Below are positions 1 to 15,481 of a stretch of DNA of 64,000 bases, piece by piece. The notes below the pieces were generated by a model, which saw nothing but the letters and a program-made list of their open reading frames with translations, did not search any database and was not told where the DNA came from. The position numbers were made by a program, and so were the translations under genes. Positions within the stretch are counted from its first letter, which is position 1. Every line of letters starts with the position of its first letter. The stretch is taken from NCBI GenBank assembly GCA_951406725.2, contig OX597814.1, positions 47,678,001 through 47,742,000 on the forward strand. The letters are read 5' to 3'. Origin of the DNA: Octopus vulgaris. Taxonomy: Eukaryota.

Positions 1-26
1 ATTTCACGTTCTTTATATATAAGTTT

Positions 27-76
<50 letters not shown>

Positions 77-280
77 GTACATACATACATACATACATAC
101 ATACATACATACATACATACATCAAGTGTAACTGCCCGAAATGGTCGTGACTTCTGGGACTTGACTGATGAAAGACAGCCAAGACTGACCCGCCTTTTTT
201 TGCCTGTTCTAATTGTTGTTTATCTTTTCCGCCTATGTATCATCTATCTGTACGAACGTTTGTTATTGCGTTTTTGTTCC

Positions 281-345
<65 letters not shown>

Positions 346-444
346 TAATAATAGGGTAAAATTAATTAATTAATTAATTAATAATTAATAATTTTACCAA
401 GTAGAACGGTACGTTAAAATAACATTTTTAGGTAAAATTATGCA

Positions 445-806
445 AATATTCTATCATCCTAAGCATAATTATAATTAGGGGTTAGCTACTTGCTTCACTA
501 CGCACAGAATTTAGAAATAGGAACTAAATTCCTTTTCTGCTACCGTAAAAATCTCCCACACAGTAACACACTTTTTGGGAGCACTGAAGATGAGAAATAA
601 GTCAGTAAATATAATTTTATTTTAATCTCGAAACGCGTATGTAGCTAATCTGACTTGCGTGGATTCGTTATTTTTTCTTTTTTGCCTACGTAAAAAAGTG
701 TGTTACTGTCTGGGAGAAAAGGAATTTAGTTCCTATTTCTAAATTCGGTGCGTGGTGAAGCAATTTACTGACCCGTAATTATAATTATGTTTATAATTAT
801 AGAATA

Positions 807-808
<2 letters not shown>
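445..808. repeat. Long imperfect foldback (arms ~445-576 and 692-808) between (TA)n tracts
   Basis: Left arm aatattctat...ttgcttcactacgcacagaatttagaaataggaactaaattccttttct...ctcccacacagtaacacacttttt is the reverse complement of right arm aaaaaagtgtgttactgtctgggagaaaaggaatttagttcctatttctaaattcggtgcgtggtgaagcaa...atagaatatt. Confidence 0.9.
581..642 (+). ncRNA. Type I minimal hammerhead ribozyme motif (Penelope/retrozyme-type)
   Basis: gca-CTGAAGA(584-590)-T-GAGA...TCTC-GAAA(630-633)-CGCG-TA-tgt. Both core boxes are present, with a 4-bp helix II, a palindromic ACGCGT helix III, a GUA cleavage triplet and a 3-bp helix I. Confidence 0.6.
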
Positions 809-865
<57 letters not shown>

Positions 866-876
866 TATTGTTCAGT

Positions 877-1246
877 TTGGTTAGAGAAAAAGGTAAATAA
901 AAATTAAGGGGGAGATAAGTCAACTTTTTATACCTGTTACACAACATAAATACTGGCGAAATATGACTTCTCTCAAAAAATGTACGGTAGTGAACAGATT
1001 TGCTTGCAGTGTCATATTTTTCCATCAGAAACATCATCATGTGTAGTAAGACTCCATGGTGAATTACAATTTTCACTGGTGTACATATTCATAATAAGTC
1101 GATACCGTGCCAACCACTGGTGAATGTTGTCTTCAGCTTTTCCTAAATTGAATGATAGTCCACAATTTCTGTAAGATTGATTCGTTCCTTTGCTTCTTTT
1201 ACTACTTATCTCCCCTTTAATTTTCATTTACTTTCTTTATCTAACC

Positions 1247-1248
<2 letters not shown>
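877..1248. mobile_element. Small element with ~44-bp terminal inverted repeats between microsatellites
   Basis: 877-920 ttggttagagaaaaaggtaaataaaaattaagggggagataagt matches the reverse complement of 1204-1248 with few mismatches. Confidence 0.7.
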
Positions 1249-1318
<70 letters not shown>

Positions 1319-1859
1319 TATATATATACGTAAATATGAAAATTATATATATATATATATATATACATGTATACTCGCATATCTACATTCATACATGCAC
1401 ATAGATTGCTTACATATATAGTACGATGCTCTTGCCATAACAATATGCTTATATTGTTAAAGCAAAAGCATGTTTACGCGCGCATACACACACACGCGCA
1501 TACACAGAGACACTCACAATAAACACATAACATGCCCATACACATATTCATAGAAATGTGTTAATACACATCTATGCAGACACCCGCGCGAGCAACCACA
1601 AATAACACTGCCTCACAGCATTAAAAACCATAATAAATTCTTTGAAAAAAAAAAAATCAAAAATATTCGTGTAGAAATAATCGTTTGTATAACGTAACTA
1701 TCTGGAAGATGGTTTGTGAGATGTCAAAGTCTATTACATTGTGAATATAATCAATAAGGAACATAGTTTTTGCTGTATTTATTGTTTTTTTGAAAATATA
1801 ATTAATATGAAATAAAAGAGCTTCCAAGCGACTTTCATATCGAACTTCCACCATGTTAT

Positions 1860-2520
1860 ATCACCAACATTCTCATTCTCATCATTATCGCCATCATATC
1901 ATTTCTCATGATCATCATTCGTGTCATCGTCAGTCTCATTATCATCACCACTGGTCCTCTCCTCCCCTTCTCCTCGCCTCCTCCACCCCTTCCTTCTCAA
2001 CTCCTCTTCTACTCATCCCCCATTCCTCCACTTCTCCCCTTTTCTTTTTATTCCCCTCCTTCCCCACTTCATCATCATCATCATCACCATCACCATCACC
2101 ATCACCATCACCATCACCATCACCATCACCATCACCATCACCATCATCATCATCATCATCATCACCATTGTCGCCGTCATCATCATCATCATTGTCATCG
2201 TCGATGTCGTCCTTTGCTATGTCACATCATCGTTGTCATCTTCCACACCATCCTCTTTCCTTCCTCACCATCGTTCGTTCTGTCATCATCATTTCCCACT
2301 CCTTCTCCTCTTCCATGATCACCATCACCATCACCATCACCATCGTTAATCGGTGCCATCCTCTCCCGGCTCCCTATCATATAAAAAAAACAAAACATCA
2401 TCATTGTCAAATGTCGATGTCTCCATCTTCTCCATCTCCTTTTCATCATCATCATCATCATCGTCATCATCATTACCATGATTATCATTATCGTCATCAC
2501 CGTCGTTACCATTATCCATC
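1860..2520. repeat. Low-complexity (CAT)n/(CACCAT)n and CT-rich tract
   Basis: Directly visible. It produces poly-His/Ser/Ile pseudo-ORFs in all frames. Confidence 0.9.
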
Positions 2521-2939
2521 TTCCTTGCAAAACCACAAACACCATAATCCCAATAGAACAAGCAGCAAAGATGTCATTTTTCAGGATAATGATCCACAGT
2601 AACATCGAGAGTTGCAAATAAACAGGAAAGTCATTGCCAGCTTTTTTTCTTTCCTTTCTTCCTCGTTATATCTCTCACTCTCTCTCTCTCTTCCTCCCTC
2701 CCCTTTTATTCCCCCTCTCTCCCCCCTCTCAATCTATCTATCTCTCCCCATATGTACATGTATAAATGCGTTTCGAGCTGCATGTATGCAAGCATTGTTA
2801 ACCATATTCAAGCTAATATATATCCCCTATCTCCAAATGAAATGAAATCATAAAAAAAAATATTCATGTGTACTTACTGTATAAAGTGTTATAAAAGACA
2901 CTGATGTATGCATCCATGTGCAACAGATATGTAGATTTA

Positions 2940-4923
<1,984 letters not shown>

Positions 4924-6339
4924 TCTTAATCCACCGCATTACATTAGCATTTCATTCCTTCTCATATTTTAATAGCCACTTTTTCAGAACTCACAGCGAT
5001 ATTATAAAGCAGGCGTTTCCTAATATCGTTATCTCTATTTTTGAAGTTTTATTTTTCATACTGATCGTCAAAATGCAGTGTCTTCCTTTTTAAGACGAAA
5101 TCGATGTCTTTCAGGAATGTTGGGCAGTAAAAGTAAATTGTTTAGAAGCTAACCCAGTTCTTTAACCAGTATATTTAATGGAGTCATTTAAAATATATTT
5201 GATAAAATAGTGATCATTTTCTATTGATTTGTTTGCAATAACAAAGTTGAAAGATTTTTCGAAGAGACTAAAAAAGCATGGAAAATAATCTGATGATGTT
5301 TTCGAAATTATGTTTGCATGATATGGCTTGTTAGATTTTCTGTCATTTTTATTTTATTAAGTTAACACCATAACTCATAGTGTTCATTGGAAGTTGTTTT
5401 TTGAAAGTGGATACTTCACAAGAGTTGGAAAATATGTCAAGATATGAAATTGTAATGATAAATAGGGGACAATTAGACATTTTCAGAATACGAGAAGAAA
5501 GATGCTTTGATCTAAAAGCAAAGAAGAAAGTCTGCATTGAGGTACACCATATTTCGTCTTTGTATTTTACGCTCAAATAGTTTATATATTTCTTTCATAC
5601 TAGTTTTTACCTGCTTTCAAGCATGTTAATAATGTAAAAAAAAAAAAAGAAAGAAAAGAAAAAATACTTGAAGATCGAACGAATATCTCATAGGTTGTCT
5701 TTTCCATGCAGATTTCAAGACTATCCAATGAGTAGGGTGGTAGATTTAAGCAAACATCCGCCACTTCCATCACAGAAGACTTTTGTTGTGCGTTTCAACG
5801 GAAGTTCTTTGATGTGATAATGTGCTAGTATTTAACAACAGAAGGAATGAAAATACCATTTGTCACTAGAAAAAGAACTACATCACTGTTTCTGCTCCAA
5901 CTTTAAAATTCTCTCTTTCCACTGATATCAGGATTACTAAACTGTTATTAAAAGCGTTAATTCTTAGTGTTACTAAAACTTTGTGCGTGAGATATGATTT
6001 CCTCTTCAGTGTAAAAGATATTTTCGAACGAAATATCTGTAACATTTTTAGATTGTTCCAAAACATGAGACTAGAATAAAAAGCTTTTAATTCTTGTTAT
6101 AATTTCAATGCCTTTTGAAATGGACCATCCACCTAATCGATAAAAATTTCCTTATTGTAAAACTTAAATTTCTTTTTTCTTGTCATACTGAGTAATTTTT
6201 CTCTCAACTACTCACGATATAAAGCCCTTTTACTTTCAGTCACTGATGCTCCGATTTCTCCTTACATTCAATCAAAGTCACCAATGGAAATTTACTCATC
6301 CTTCATCATATTTTCTCGTAACATTAGCAGCTTTAAAAT

Positions 6340-6411
6340 TCCTCGGTAGTATAGTGGTAAATATCCCCGCCTGTCATGCGGGAGATTGGGGTCCTATTCC
6401 CCGCCGGGGAG
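6340..6411 (+). tRNA. tRNA-Asp(GTC), degenerate and probably a pseudogene
   Basis: TCCTCGGTAGTATAGTGGTAAATATCCCCGCCT-GTC-ATGCGGGAGATTGGGGTCCTATTCCCCGCCGGGGAG closely matches metazoan tRNA-Asp. Acceptor and anticodon stems pair, but the T-loop reads TCCTATT instead of TTCGATT. TTTT follows at 6419-6422 and there is no encoded CCA. Confidence 0.85.
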
Positions 6412-7129
6412 GCTTGTATTTTAGTAAAGAAACATAAATTCATCACTTTCTCCTCATCAATAATATTCACACGCTATCTTTTGATGGTCATGTTGGTATT
6501 ATTGGTGTGTGTGTGTGTGTGAGTGTGTGTCAGAGAAATGAAAAGAGGAAGAGAAAGAGAGAGGTGGCACCATTGCCAATGAAAACAGCCATTCTTCTTA
6601 GGACACTTCGATCGTAAACAAACTAACTTTTCATTATATTGTAAAGCATCTTCTGTATTAGCAATTTTTTCTCATTTGCCTTACATTGCATTTAATTTAT
6701 GTACTAAAACTAGAAAGACATAAAGATATATATAATGGTTTGGGCATTTATGCACGCATGTTTGTATGTATTCACTTATGTACGTATGCATATATAAAAA
6801 TAATGTTTAACTTCTGTGACCTGGAATGTTCAAAACCGACACAACTGGAACAATAGGCGTCCAAATTGTTCAAAGCAAAAAAAAAAAAACAAAAAAAAAA
6901 AACGGATTCTGCTGCTAAGAAGTGTTCAGTTCGCAAAGTAAGCTTGAACATTACACCAAGCGACGCACCATCCCAAACGTACCTTATACGTGGGAGAGAA
7001 TCTGTAGTCCGTATAGGTCTCATCAACTTCCAGATCCACCAGAGATTCTCGGTCATTTTTATCAACGATGAACAAACATCATCATAATATACATACGCAT
7101 ACATATACTCGCAAGAATACATACATGAC

Positions 7130-7600
7130 GGAAGTACACCTTAGACATTGCTAGAACCGTCTTCCCAAACTGGGTCTTCTCTTTCAGAACCAGAAAATAT
7201 TCCAGACCCCAATAGTTACTGACACTGTATAAGGCTCAAGTGATGCTTGCCATGAAGGATTGTTCCCACGTCTGGAATGGTGCTGCTACTTATGCATATG
7301 AGACATTCTGGACCGCATTTATATTGATGCCAAATCACCCGGTTGAACGGCATCAACAGATACGCTCCAGCCGTTGGTTCATAACCGTATTATCTCTTCT
7401 CGATCGTTTCTATCGCTGCTATAATGGCAAAGCTGTCTGTCTACTCCGGAACCTCGGCTCATTCGTCTCTTCATCGTTAAACCATTTTCGTTGCGTTCAA
7501 ACCCCTCGTCTTACATTAGTCCTTCCTCCCAAGAACATCGATCTTCTGTCATATTCTCTCCACTCACATCTTTCTTTTCTGCAAGTGTTTTTCAGATGAT
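7130..7600 (+). mobile_element. Decayed LINE ORF2 3' fragment (CR1/L2-group-like)
   Basis: Frameshifted translation gives KLGLLF..., LLTLYKAQVMLAMKDCSHVWNGA, LQPLVHNR and FYRCYNG, typical of the post-RT region of CR1/L2-group LINEs. Confidence 0.7.
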
Positions 7601-8146
7601 CTACATAAGAAAGTCATAAGCACAGATCCTTCCGTCAGACTTAACTGGAAAAGCATAGACACACATATCCACACACATTCGACATGCTTCTTTACAGCCG
7701 CACAGTTTCTCTCTAGCAAATTCACTTATAAGGAATTTGTCGGCTCTGGCTATAGTGCAAAGTTGTTCAAGGGCCGAACACAAGAGCACGAGTTTAGGAA
7801 GAACAGTTTTAATCACATACCTATACTCATACACGCGCGCACTCACACACATTTGTGCTTCTTTTGTTTTATGACTGTTGCCCAACCGTCTCTCTCTCGT
7901 TTCACTTTCTTTCATTATATGTGTGTGTATATGTATGTATGTGAATGTGTGTGTGTGTGTGTGTGAACATATGTGTGCAATTATGTATGCATATATGAAT
8001 GTATATACACACATATATACATATAGTTTCATTTCCTCTCTCACATCTCTCTCTTCTTTATACATACATACATACATACATAAATTCATGCATACATATG
8101 TGTGTGTGTGTATATATGTGCGTGTGTGTGTATATATATATATGTT

Positions 8147-8210
<64 letters not shown>

Positions 8211-9267
8211 CATATATATGTTATGTACACACAATTATATGCGCCTATACACATACATACATACATACATACATACATACATACATACATACATACATAC
8301 ATACATACATACATACATACATACGTATGGTATGTATGTCTTGAAATGTGTGTGTGCGCGTGCGTATTTTTATCAAAGCCATCAAATCGTCTGTTAGCGT
8401 AGAAGAGTGATGCAGGCATACTAGCAAATACTATGCCTACAGATAAACTCGTTCACATACTCAAATATAACCTTCCACATAAAGACACACGCAGAGTCTG
8501 AATAGCCGACAGAAAGACTGCAGAACTATTTAATCTGTCAAGTGCTTTGACTTCAGTCTTACGATTGATTTTGTGTAAGAGCTGTATACGTATATGCTTG
8601 CATTTCTACGATTGTGAATTCGTCTGTCACTAAATATATGTATGTGTGTATGGTTGACTGTAAGGCTGTGAGTATGTGCGTATGTGTGTATGCATCTGTA
8701 TGTTTGTGCATACAGTTTTAGAGAGTGGTTATATGGCGTGGTTTAGAGAGTGGTTATATGATGCTGTGTGAGTGAGAGAGAGCGAGAGAGAGAGAGAGAG
8801 AGTGCATATATCGTGTGCTGGCGGGGAAGCATAGTTTAGTGAATATGCTATTTACCATAGCTCTTCGTTGTTACTTTCGTTGTCGAAATTCATTCATTAT
8901 TGAAATCTTTGTTTACAGAAGCACTTAGCATGAGTACATCAATGTACAGACGGTTGTATATACATATATATATATCTTCATTGACTCGCGTATTTATCAT
9001 TGAGGACAGTTTCTAAATACGTTTGTTTACAAGAAAACTTCGGTTGTTCAAATATACTTAGGCACACACACACATATATATATACAGACTTGAGTGTCCT
9101 ACCAATCGACTGAAAGATAGGTTGTTTTGTCGGCATTGTCAGTATGCACAAATATATGCGTATTAATTGTACGCTTGCATTTACACACACACACAAATAC
9201 ACACACCCACACGCGCACATACACACATACATACATACATACATACATACATACATACATACATACA

Positions 9268-9299
<32 letters not shown>

Positions 9300-9415
9300 C
9301 ACTTACACATACACACATATATTTCGAGTGTCTTTATGTTTGTGTAGATGTATGAATGTACGTGTGGGCCAAATAATAGCGTCACCTGTACTAAGATCCG
9401 TTGAGAAAAATAAAG

Positions 9416-9566
<151 letters not shown>

Positions 9567-10219
9567 AGTGTGTGTGTGTGTGTGTGTGTAGATAAATAGA
9601 CAACTATTTCTGTGTTTGCTTAATTGTAGCAATTCGAGAGTAATTTTGAATATACAAGTTCACCTACACCGTACTCACACATATACACTTCTCAACGCAA
9701 AGCTAAGAATGTGTTTATAACGAAACAAATTTTCGAATGATGGTTTGATAAGTTCGTTAGATCTCTAGTTTATTGTTCAAATAGATGTTTAAGACTGTAT
9801 TGCATATTTAGGAAAAGCATTTCGCTGTTCTGTCAAATCGATGGCTGACAAATTATTGTGCTTTATATAATTTGAATCTTAATGTTGGGATCAAAATATG
9901 GATTCTGTTATTGATCATCAAATGACAACTTGCATACCATGGCTTATATTGATGTCTCTGTCTGTCTCTGTTTGTCTGTCTGTCTGTCTGTCTGCCTCCC
10001 TCCTTCCTCTCTCTCCCCCTCTCTCTCCCCCTCTCTCTCCCCTCCACTGTTTCTCTGTTTCTCTTTGCTTTCCTTTCTAAATGTTTCTCTATACTTGCAA
10101 TGTTCCTATTTTTTATTTAATGTACACGTGTTTTATTTAATGTGCACGTGTTCATGTGTGTTTCTCTCTGTGTGTCTCTTTTTCTCTCCTCTGTATGTGT
10201 GAGTGTACAGACAGACAGA

Positions 10220-10259
<40 letters not shown>

Positions 10260-11296
10260 CACACACGCACACACACACACTCACATTAATAAAAAGTGAA
10301 ATTCTCTCCGTCTGTCTGGGTCCTCCTGTAACTTAGTTTACATTTGCTCTACATAGACATACTATATCTCTTTGGAATCGAGATGATCCTGGGATTGAAA
10401 ATCTGCCCTTCATTTGGTTCTTGAACATCCAGCATTGGGATCTGATTTAAAAGCATTTGGATAAAATACGTATATCATTATGAAAGGTCGCCCAGTAATT
10501 GATGCAGTTGTGTGGATTCTCTTTGCTGGTCGCGAACAGTATTGTACTGTATTGCGAGTTTGGTTTCTCGAAATTTAGAGCGATTTCGTTTTGATCCAAG
10601 TTCCGGTCGCGTACATTTTTCAGTATTTCTCATTAAGAAGACATATTCTCTGGCATAGACATTGAGACTTGCGTGTGGATTGAAGCTTATGTGTAGAAGG
10701 CGAAATAGGTGTAAGGGAAGAAGAATAAGGACAGTGTTTGTATGATGAAAAATGATACTGAGTACGCACTTCATGTAGACCACAATGCTGTAGAGAAGTA
10801 GAGTCTTGGGAGATAAAATAGCATTAAAGAACATGCATCTTGATTTTAGAAGGGTGGGAAAGAATGTAGAGAACATATACGATAGGGGAACATTGTAGTT
10901 CAAGTGATCTGTTATGATAAAGACTACAGACAAGACGAGATACTTGGCAGAAGATTCTCATATTATGTACTGTAAAATGTTTTTTCTAATGCTAAAGGCA
11001 ATCTCTTGACTTGTGAATTTCTCAAGTTCCAGAAGCAATTGCTGTAGACGAAAGAAAGTCTCCTATGTATTAAACTCAACAGAAAACATACCAGAGATAT
11101 TGAAAGAGATTCTAAATGGTAAAAATGCTGGAACCTATTAACATTTGACATAACTGGTGCGAGAATGATAGGCCGCTAATATAAATGTGCATTAAAATAG
11201 CTTTTAAGACGGCTGACATCTTCTCATTGCGTCGCGCACGCACACACACACGCGCACACACGCACACACACAAAAGCGCGCACGCATTTATTTATA

Positions 11297-12591
11297 TCAG
11301 GTCATCCCATAAGTTCTGTCCGATTTTACCTTTTTTTAAATTGAATGAAATTTAATAGTATTTTAGAATGTCTAATGGGATTTAAAATTATTTTTATGCA
11401 TTTGTGTACATTTAAATCAATTAAATATTATTTTATAGTATATAGAATTAAAATTTCTTTGATTAAAATCCTTTCTAACATGGAAGTATCCAAAGAGCAT
11501 TTAAGGCACATAATGCTTTATGAGTACAAAAAGGGAAACTCTGCAGTCGAAGCGATTCGAAACATACACTCAATTTATGGGAAAGAATGCTTGAATGAAA
11601 AAACTTGCAAAAGATGGTTTGCAAAATTCAGAAGTGGAGATTTCAGCCTCGAAGATGAAGATCGAACAGGACGTCCAGTTGAGTTTGATGATAAGCTCAT
11701 TGAGGTATTACTTGAAGAAAATCCCGCATTATCAGTTGAAGAATTGGCAATAAAGCTTAGTCCAAACCATACAACTGTTCATTGTCATCTTCAACAACAT
11801 AGAAAGGTTCCTAAGCTTGGAAAATGGGTGCCTCATGAATTGTCCGAAAGCAACCGCAAATCCCGAGTTGACATCTGCTCTTCTCTCCATAGTCACGAAC
11901 TCATTTCAACCTTTTTGGATAGACTTATGATTGATGACGGAAAATAGATCTTCTATCGGAATTTTAAAGGTCGTAAACAGTGGCTTGGTAAAAAGGGAAA
12001 AAAAACTCAACCACAACCGAGAAGGGAACTTCATGGAAAAAAGGTTCTTCTCTCTATTTGGTGGGATTGCAAAGGAGTAATTCACTTTGAATTGTTACCA
12101 CCTAATGCAACAATCAATGCTCAAGTCTACTCACAGCAACTGGAGCGTTTGAACCAAGCTTTGAAGGAAAAAAGACCCGCTTTAGTGAGTCGAAAAGGAG
12201 TGATGTTTCATCAAGATAATGTGCAACCCCACACTGCAAAAATCTCATCACAGAAGATCGAAAAGCCTAGTTGGGAAAAAATTTCCTCATCCACCTTATT
12301 CTCCCGACCTTGCTCCTTCAGACTACCATTTGTTTCGTAGTTTACAGAATCATTTGGGGGATATAACTTTCGCAAGCCAGGGGGAGGAGGTCGAAACTGA
12401 CATTTGAGAGTTCTTCGCTTTGAAACCAAAAGAGTTTTACATTGATGGGATTAAAAGAACTTGTAAATAGATGGAAGGAAGTTATAGATAATCAGGGAAA
12501 GTACATTGATGATTAAATTTCAATTAAATATAACATTTGATCACTTGTTTTCTTTACTCAAAATTCGGACAGAACTTATGGGATGGGCTGA
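11297..12591 (+). mobile_element. Full-length mariner (Tc1/mariner, DD34D) transposon, ~1.3 kb
   Basis: TIRs tcaggtcatcccataagttctgtccga / tcggacagaacttatgggatgggctga, with TA on both flanks (11295-96 and 12592-93). Confidence 0.97.
11480..12516 (+). pseudogene. Mariner transposase pseudogene
   Basis: Starts MEVSKEHLRHIMLYEYKKG (HTH region) and contains WVPHEL, HQDN and YSPDLAPSDYHLF. There is a premature TAG at 11945-11947 and frameshifts near 12000 and 12280; the ORF ends at TAA 12514-12516. Confidence 0.95.
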
Positions 12592-13064
12592 TACATAAGC
12601 AAATACGCATATATATTCCATCAAAATGAAATTCTAGTTTTATTAATTACGTCTAAAAGGAAGGCCTGAAGGAGATCTTATTACTAGGAGGAGCGGAGTA
12701 CTAGTGAATCCAAAGAGCTATGCATACGCATAGACACTCACACGAATCTCTCCGTTTCTGTCTCTCTCTCTCTTCGCTCACTCACTCTTTCTGTTTCGAT
12801 TTCTCACATTCTGTATGTGGTGTGTGTGTATGTGTGTGTATGTGTGTGTATGTGTGTGTGTGTATATATGTGCGTGTATATATATATATGTGTGTGTGCG
12901 TATGTATGTGTGTTTGTATATATATATTTATATATACACACACATATATATATATACATACATGCATACATACATGCATACATACATACATATATATATA
13001 TATATACATATATACACAACCACATATATATATATATATATATTTAAATATATATATGGTTGTG

Positions 13065-13106
<42 letters not shown>

Positions 13107-13134
13107 AATATATATATGGTTGTGTATGTATATA

Positions 13135-13204
<70 letters not shown>

Positions 13205-14001
13205 CACATTCATGTATATTTATATATACACATATATATAATTCAATCAATGGCTTCACATATTTGTATATTAGCTTGGTATATTTAGTTTAGGCCATAT
13301 TTATTGAAGACCGTGAAAGACTCATAATGTTTTGACGAAAGTAAGCTGATAGCAGTCTCTCTTTTTTCTTCCGCCTCAGCCCAGACAAATATCAATATCT
13401 CCGATAGACAATATTAGTGATGTTTATGGACGATGTATATATCTGTTATGTGATATTACCTTATCTCTTAATGTCAAATTTGAGACATAAAATCGATAAT
13501 TCCTTTAAAAATATAGTGGAAGAAAAAAGATAAGTATATATTTTTTTTCAAAATTCCCAAAGCAAAAGTCTGTTTTGCAGAATCTAAAACCAATATTCCG
13601 CTTCATGTATCAAATATATTTTATTTTAATAAAATCGACCTTCCACAAGAGGAAACGTGAGTTTCTCTTATCAACAAATACGCTGTCAAATTTCTACATT
13701 TTCATAATAAAAGTTTGGATTCAATAACAGAAAATTATATTATCTTTGAATGAAAGTGAATCATTATAAATATGCACATAATGTAAATGACTTCATTGCT
13801 ATCACGTGCTCTTCTGAGGTGTGGGCTGCGTCTTACATAAAGGTGGTTGCTATCAAGTGATCATTTATGGCTCATTTATGTTATCATTATCATAGGTCAT
13901 AGATTTATAAGAATATGAAGTGTTTTGAAAGTACCATGAAGAATATTCCAAAATTTTACGAATAAACCACATTTGTATTACATCACAAATAAACCAATAA
14001 T

Positions 14002-14062
<61 letters not shown>

Positions 14063-14063
<1 letters not shown>

Positions 14064-14680
14064 CTTTTATATTCTACTTGCTTCAGTCATTAGACTGCTG
14101 CTATGCTGGGGCACTGCCTTGAAGACTTTTTAATTGACTGAGTCGACCCCAGTACTTACTTATTTTTAAACCTGGTACTTATTCTATCAGTCTCTTTTAC
14201 AGTCTGCTAAGTTACGGAGACGTGAACACACTAGCACCGGTTATCAAGAAGTGGTGGGGAACATACACAGTCACACACAGACACAAGCGCACACACACAT
14301 GTGACGGGCTTCTTTTAGTTTCCTTCAACCAAATCCCCTCACAAGGCTTTGGTCAGCCCGAGGGTATAGTAAAAGATACATGCTCTAGGTGTTACGCAGT
14401 GGGGCTGAACCTAGAACCACGATATCGGGAAGCAATGCACCCATTTGCACCCATTTTTCCAAGCTTAGGAACCTTTCCATGTTGTTGAAGATGACAATGA
14501 ACAGTTGTATGGTTTGGACTAAGCTTTATTGCCAATTCTTCAACTGATAATGCGGGATTTTCTTCAAGTAATGCCTCAATGAGCTTATCATCAAACTCAA
14601 CTGGACGTCCTGTTCGATCTTCATCTTCAAGGCTGAAATCTCCACTTCTGAATTTTGCAAACCATCGGGAAGCCTGCGCC
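14063..14680 (-). mobile_element. tRNA-derived SINE, family B (CORE-like), disrupted by an insertion
   Basis: Aligns in reverse complement to the copies at 26867 and 55989 (acaaggctttggtc, gctaagttacgg, cagtcatt). Confidence 0.85.
14447..14666 (-). mobile_element. 220-bp internal mariner fragment, inverted copy of ~11613-11831
   Basis: The reverse complement matches the neighbouring mariner ORF with about 4 differences by eye. No TIRs. Confidence 0.95.
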
Positions 14681-14694
14681 GATATATATATATA

Positions 14695-15481
14695 CTAGCA
14701 GAGATACCCGGCGTTGCCCGTGTTACAGACAATTGAAGAATTAGACTTTTCCGTTATATTTCTGTTATATCTCAAAGCAAACTCTCACACTATTGTACCA
14801 TTGAATTACAAATAACGCTCATCTTTTATGCTCGGGTGACCCTACAGCTTCCAAGAATACAACTGTATTCGTTTTTGCTTGGATAAAATGACTAAATTGT
14901 AAGTGTTAAGTCCTCATGATGAAATTTTAGAAATATTACTTTGTGTCTAATATCTATGGTTTAAATTTCATCAACAGCAAAAATATATGAATTTTCATAG
15001 GGGTTATGGCCCTTATGCATAGAATATAATTTCCAAATCTCATAAAGATCCATTTTGACTAGTTTTGGATCATAAAAAATGACTAAAATTTGGGAGTTAA
15101 GGCCTCCATTAGAGGGACTTAGCATCCTCATGAGAAGTGGAAACTTTGAGAATAGTTCTTGATGTGTGTCAATTACCCATGGTTGAAATTTCATCAACAT
15201 CGAAAATTTATGAATTTTCATAGGATTCTGCCCCCTTTAAGCTATCTCAAATTCAGACCATACTGCATTTTACCCGCCCTTATGCATTGAATCTAAGTTC
15301 CAAATATCATAAGGATCCATTCAGCAATTTTGTTCCATGAAATTGTATGAAACACACAACATTACCCTTCTCCTTAGGCTTGGATTTTATGTTCCAAATT
15401 CCATTAAGATCAGTGCAGTAGTTTTCGAATGTATAAGTAACACATGAACACACACAGAGACATTGACTTTTATATAATAGA
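14695..15481 (-). mobile_element. Non-autonomous Helitron
   Basis: On the minus strand it begins A|TC (15481) and ends with hairpin cgggcaacgccggg followed by CTAG|T (14695). It has an internal diverged duplication (~14958-15053 vs 15181-15321). Confidence 0.8.

Noticed and set aside
1853-2617. 249-aa His/Ser/Pro-rich ORF and overlapping ORFs
   Set aside because: It is open in several frames on both strands because (CAT)n/(CACCAT)n repeats lack stops in those frames. No splice or domain evidence.
5290-5315. ctgatgatgttttcgaaatt hammerhead-like string
   Set aside because: Helix II is only 1-2 bp and helices I and III do not form, so this is expected by chance.
10440-11150. Non-repetitive block with a 151-aa minus-strand ORF; possibly a very old LINE remnant
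   Set aside because: No convincing motif in any frame.
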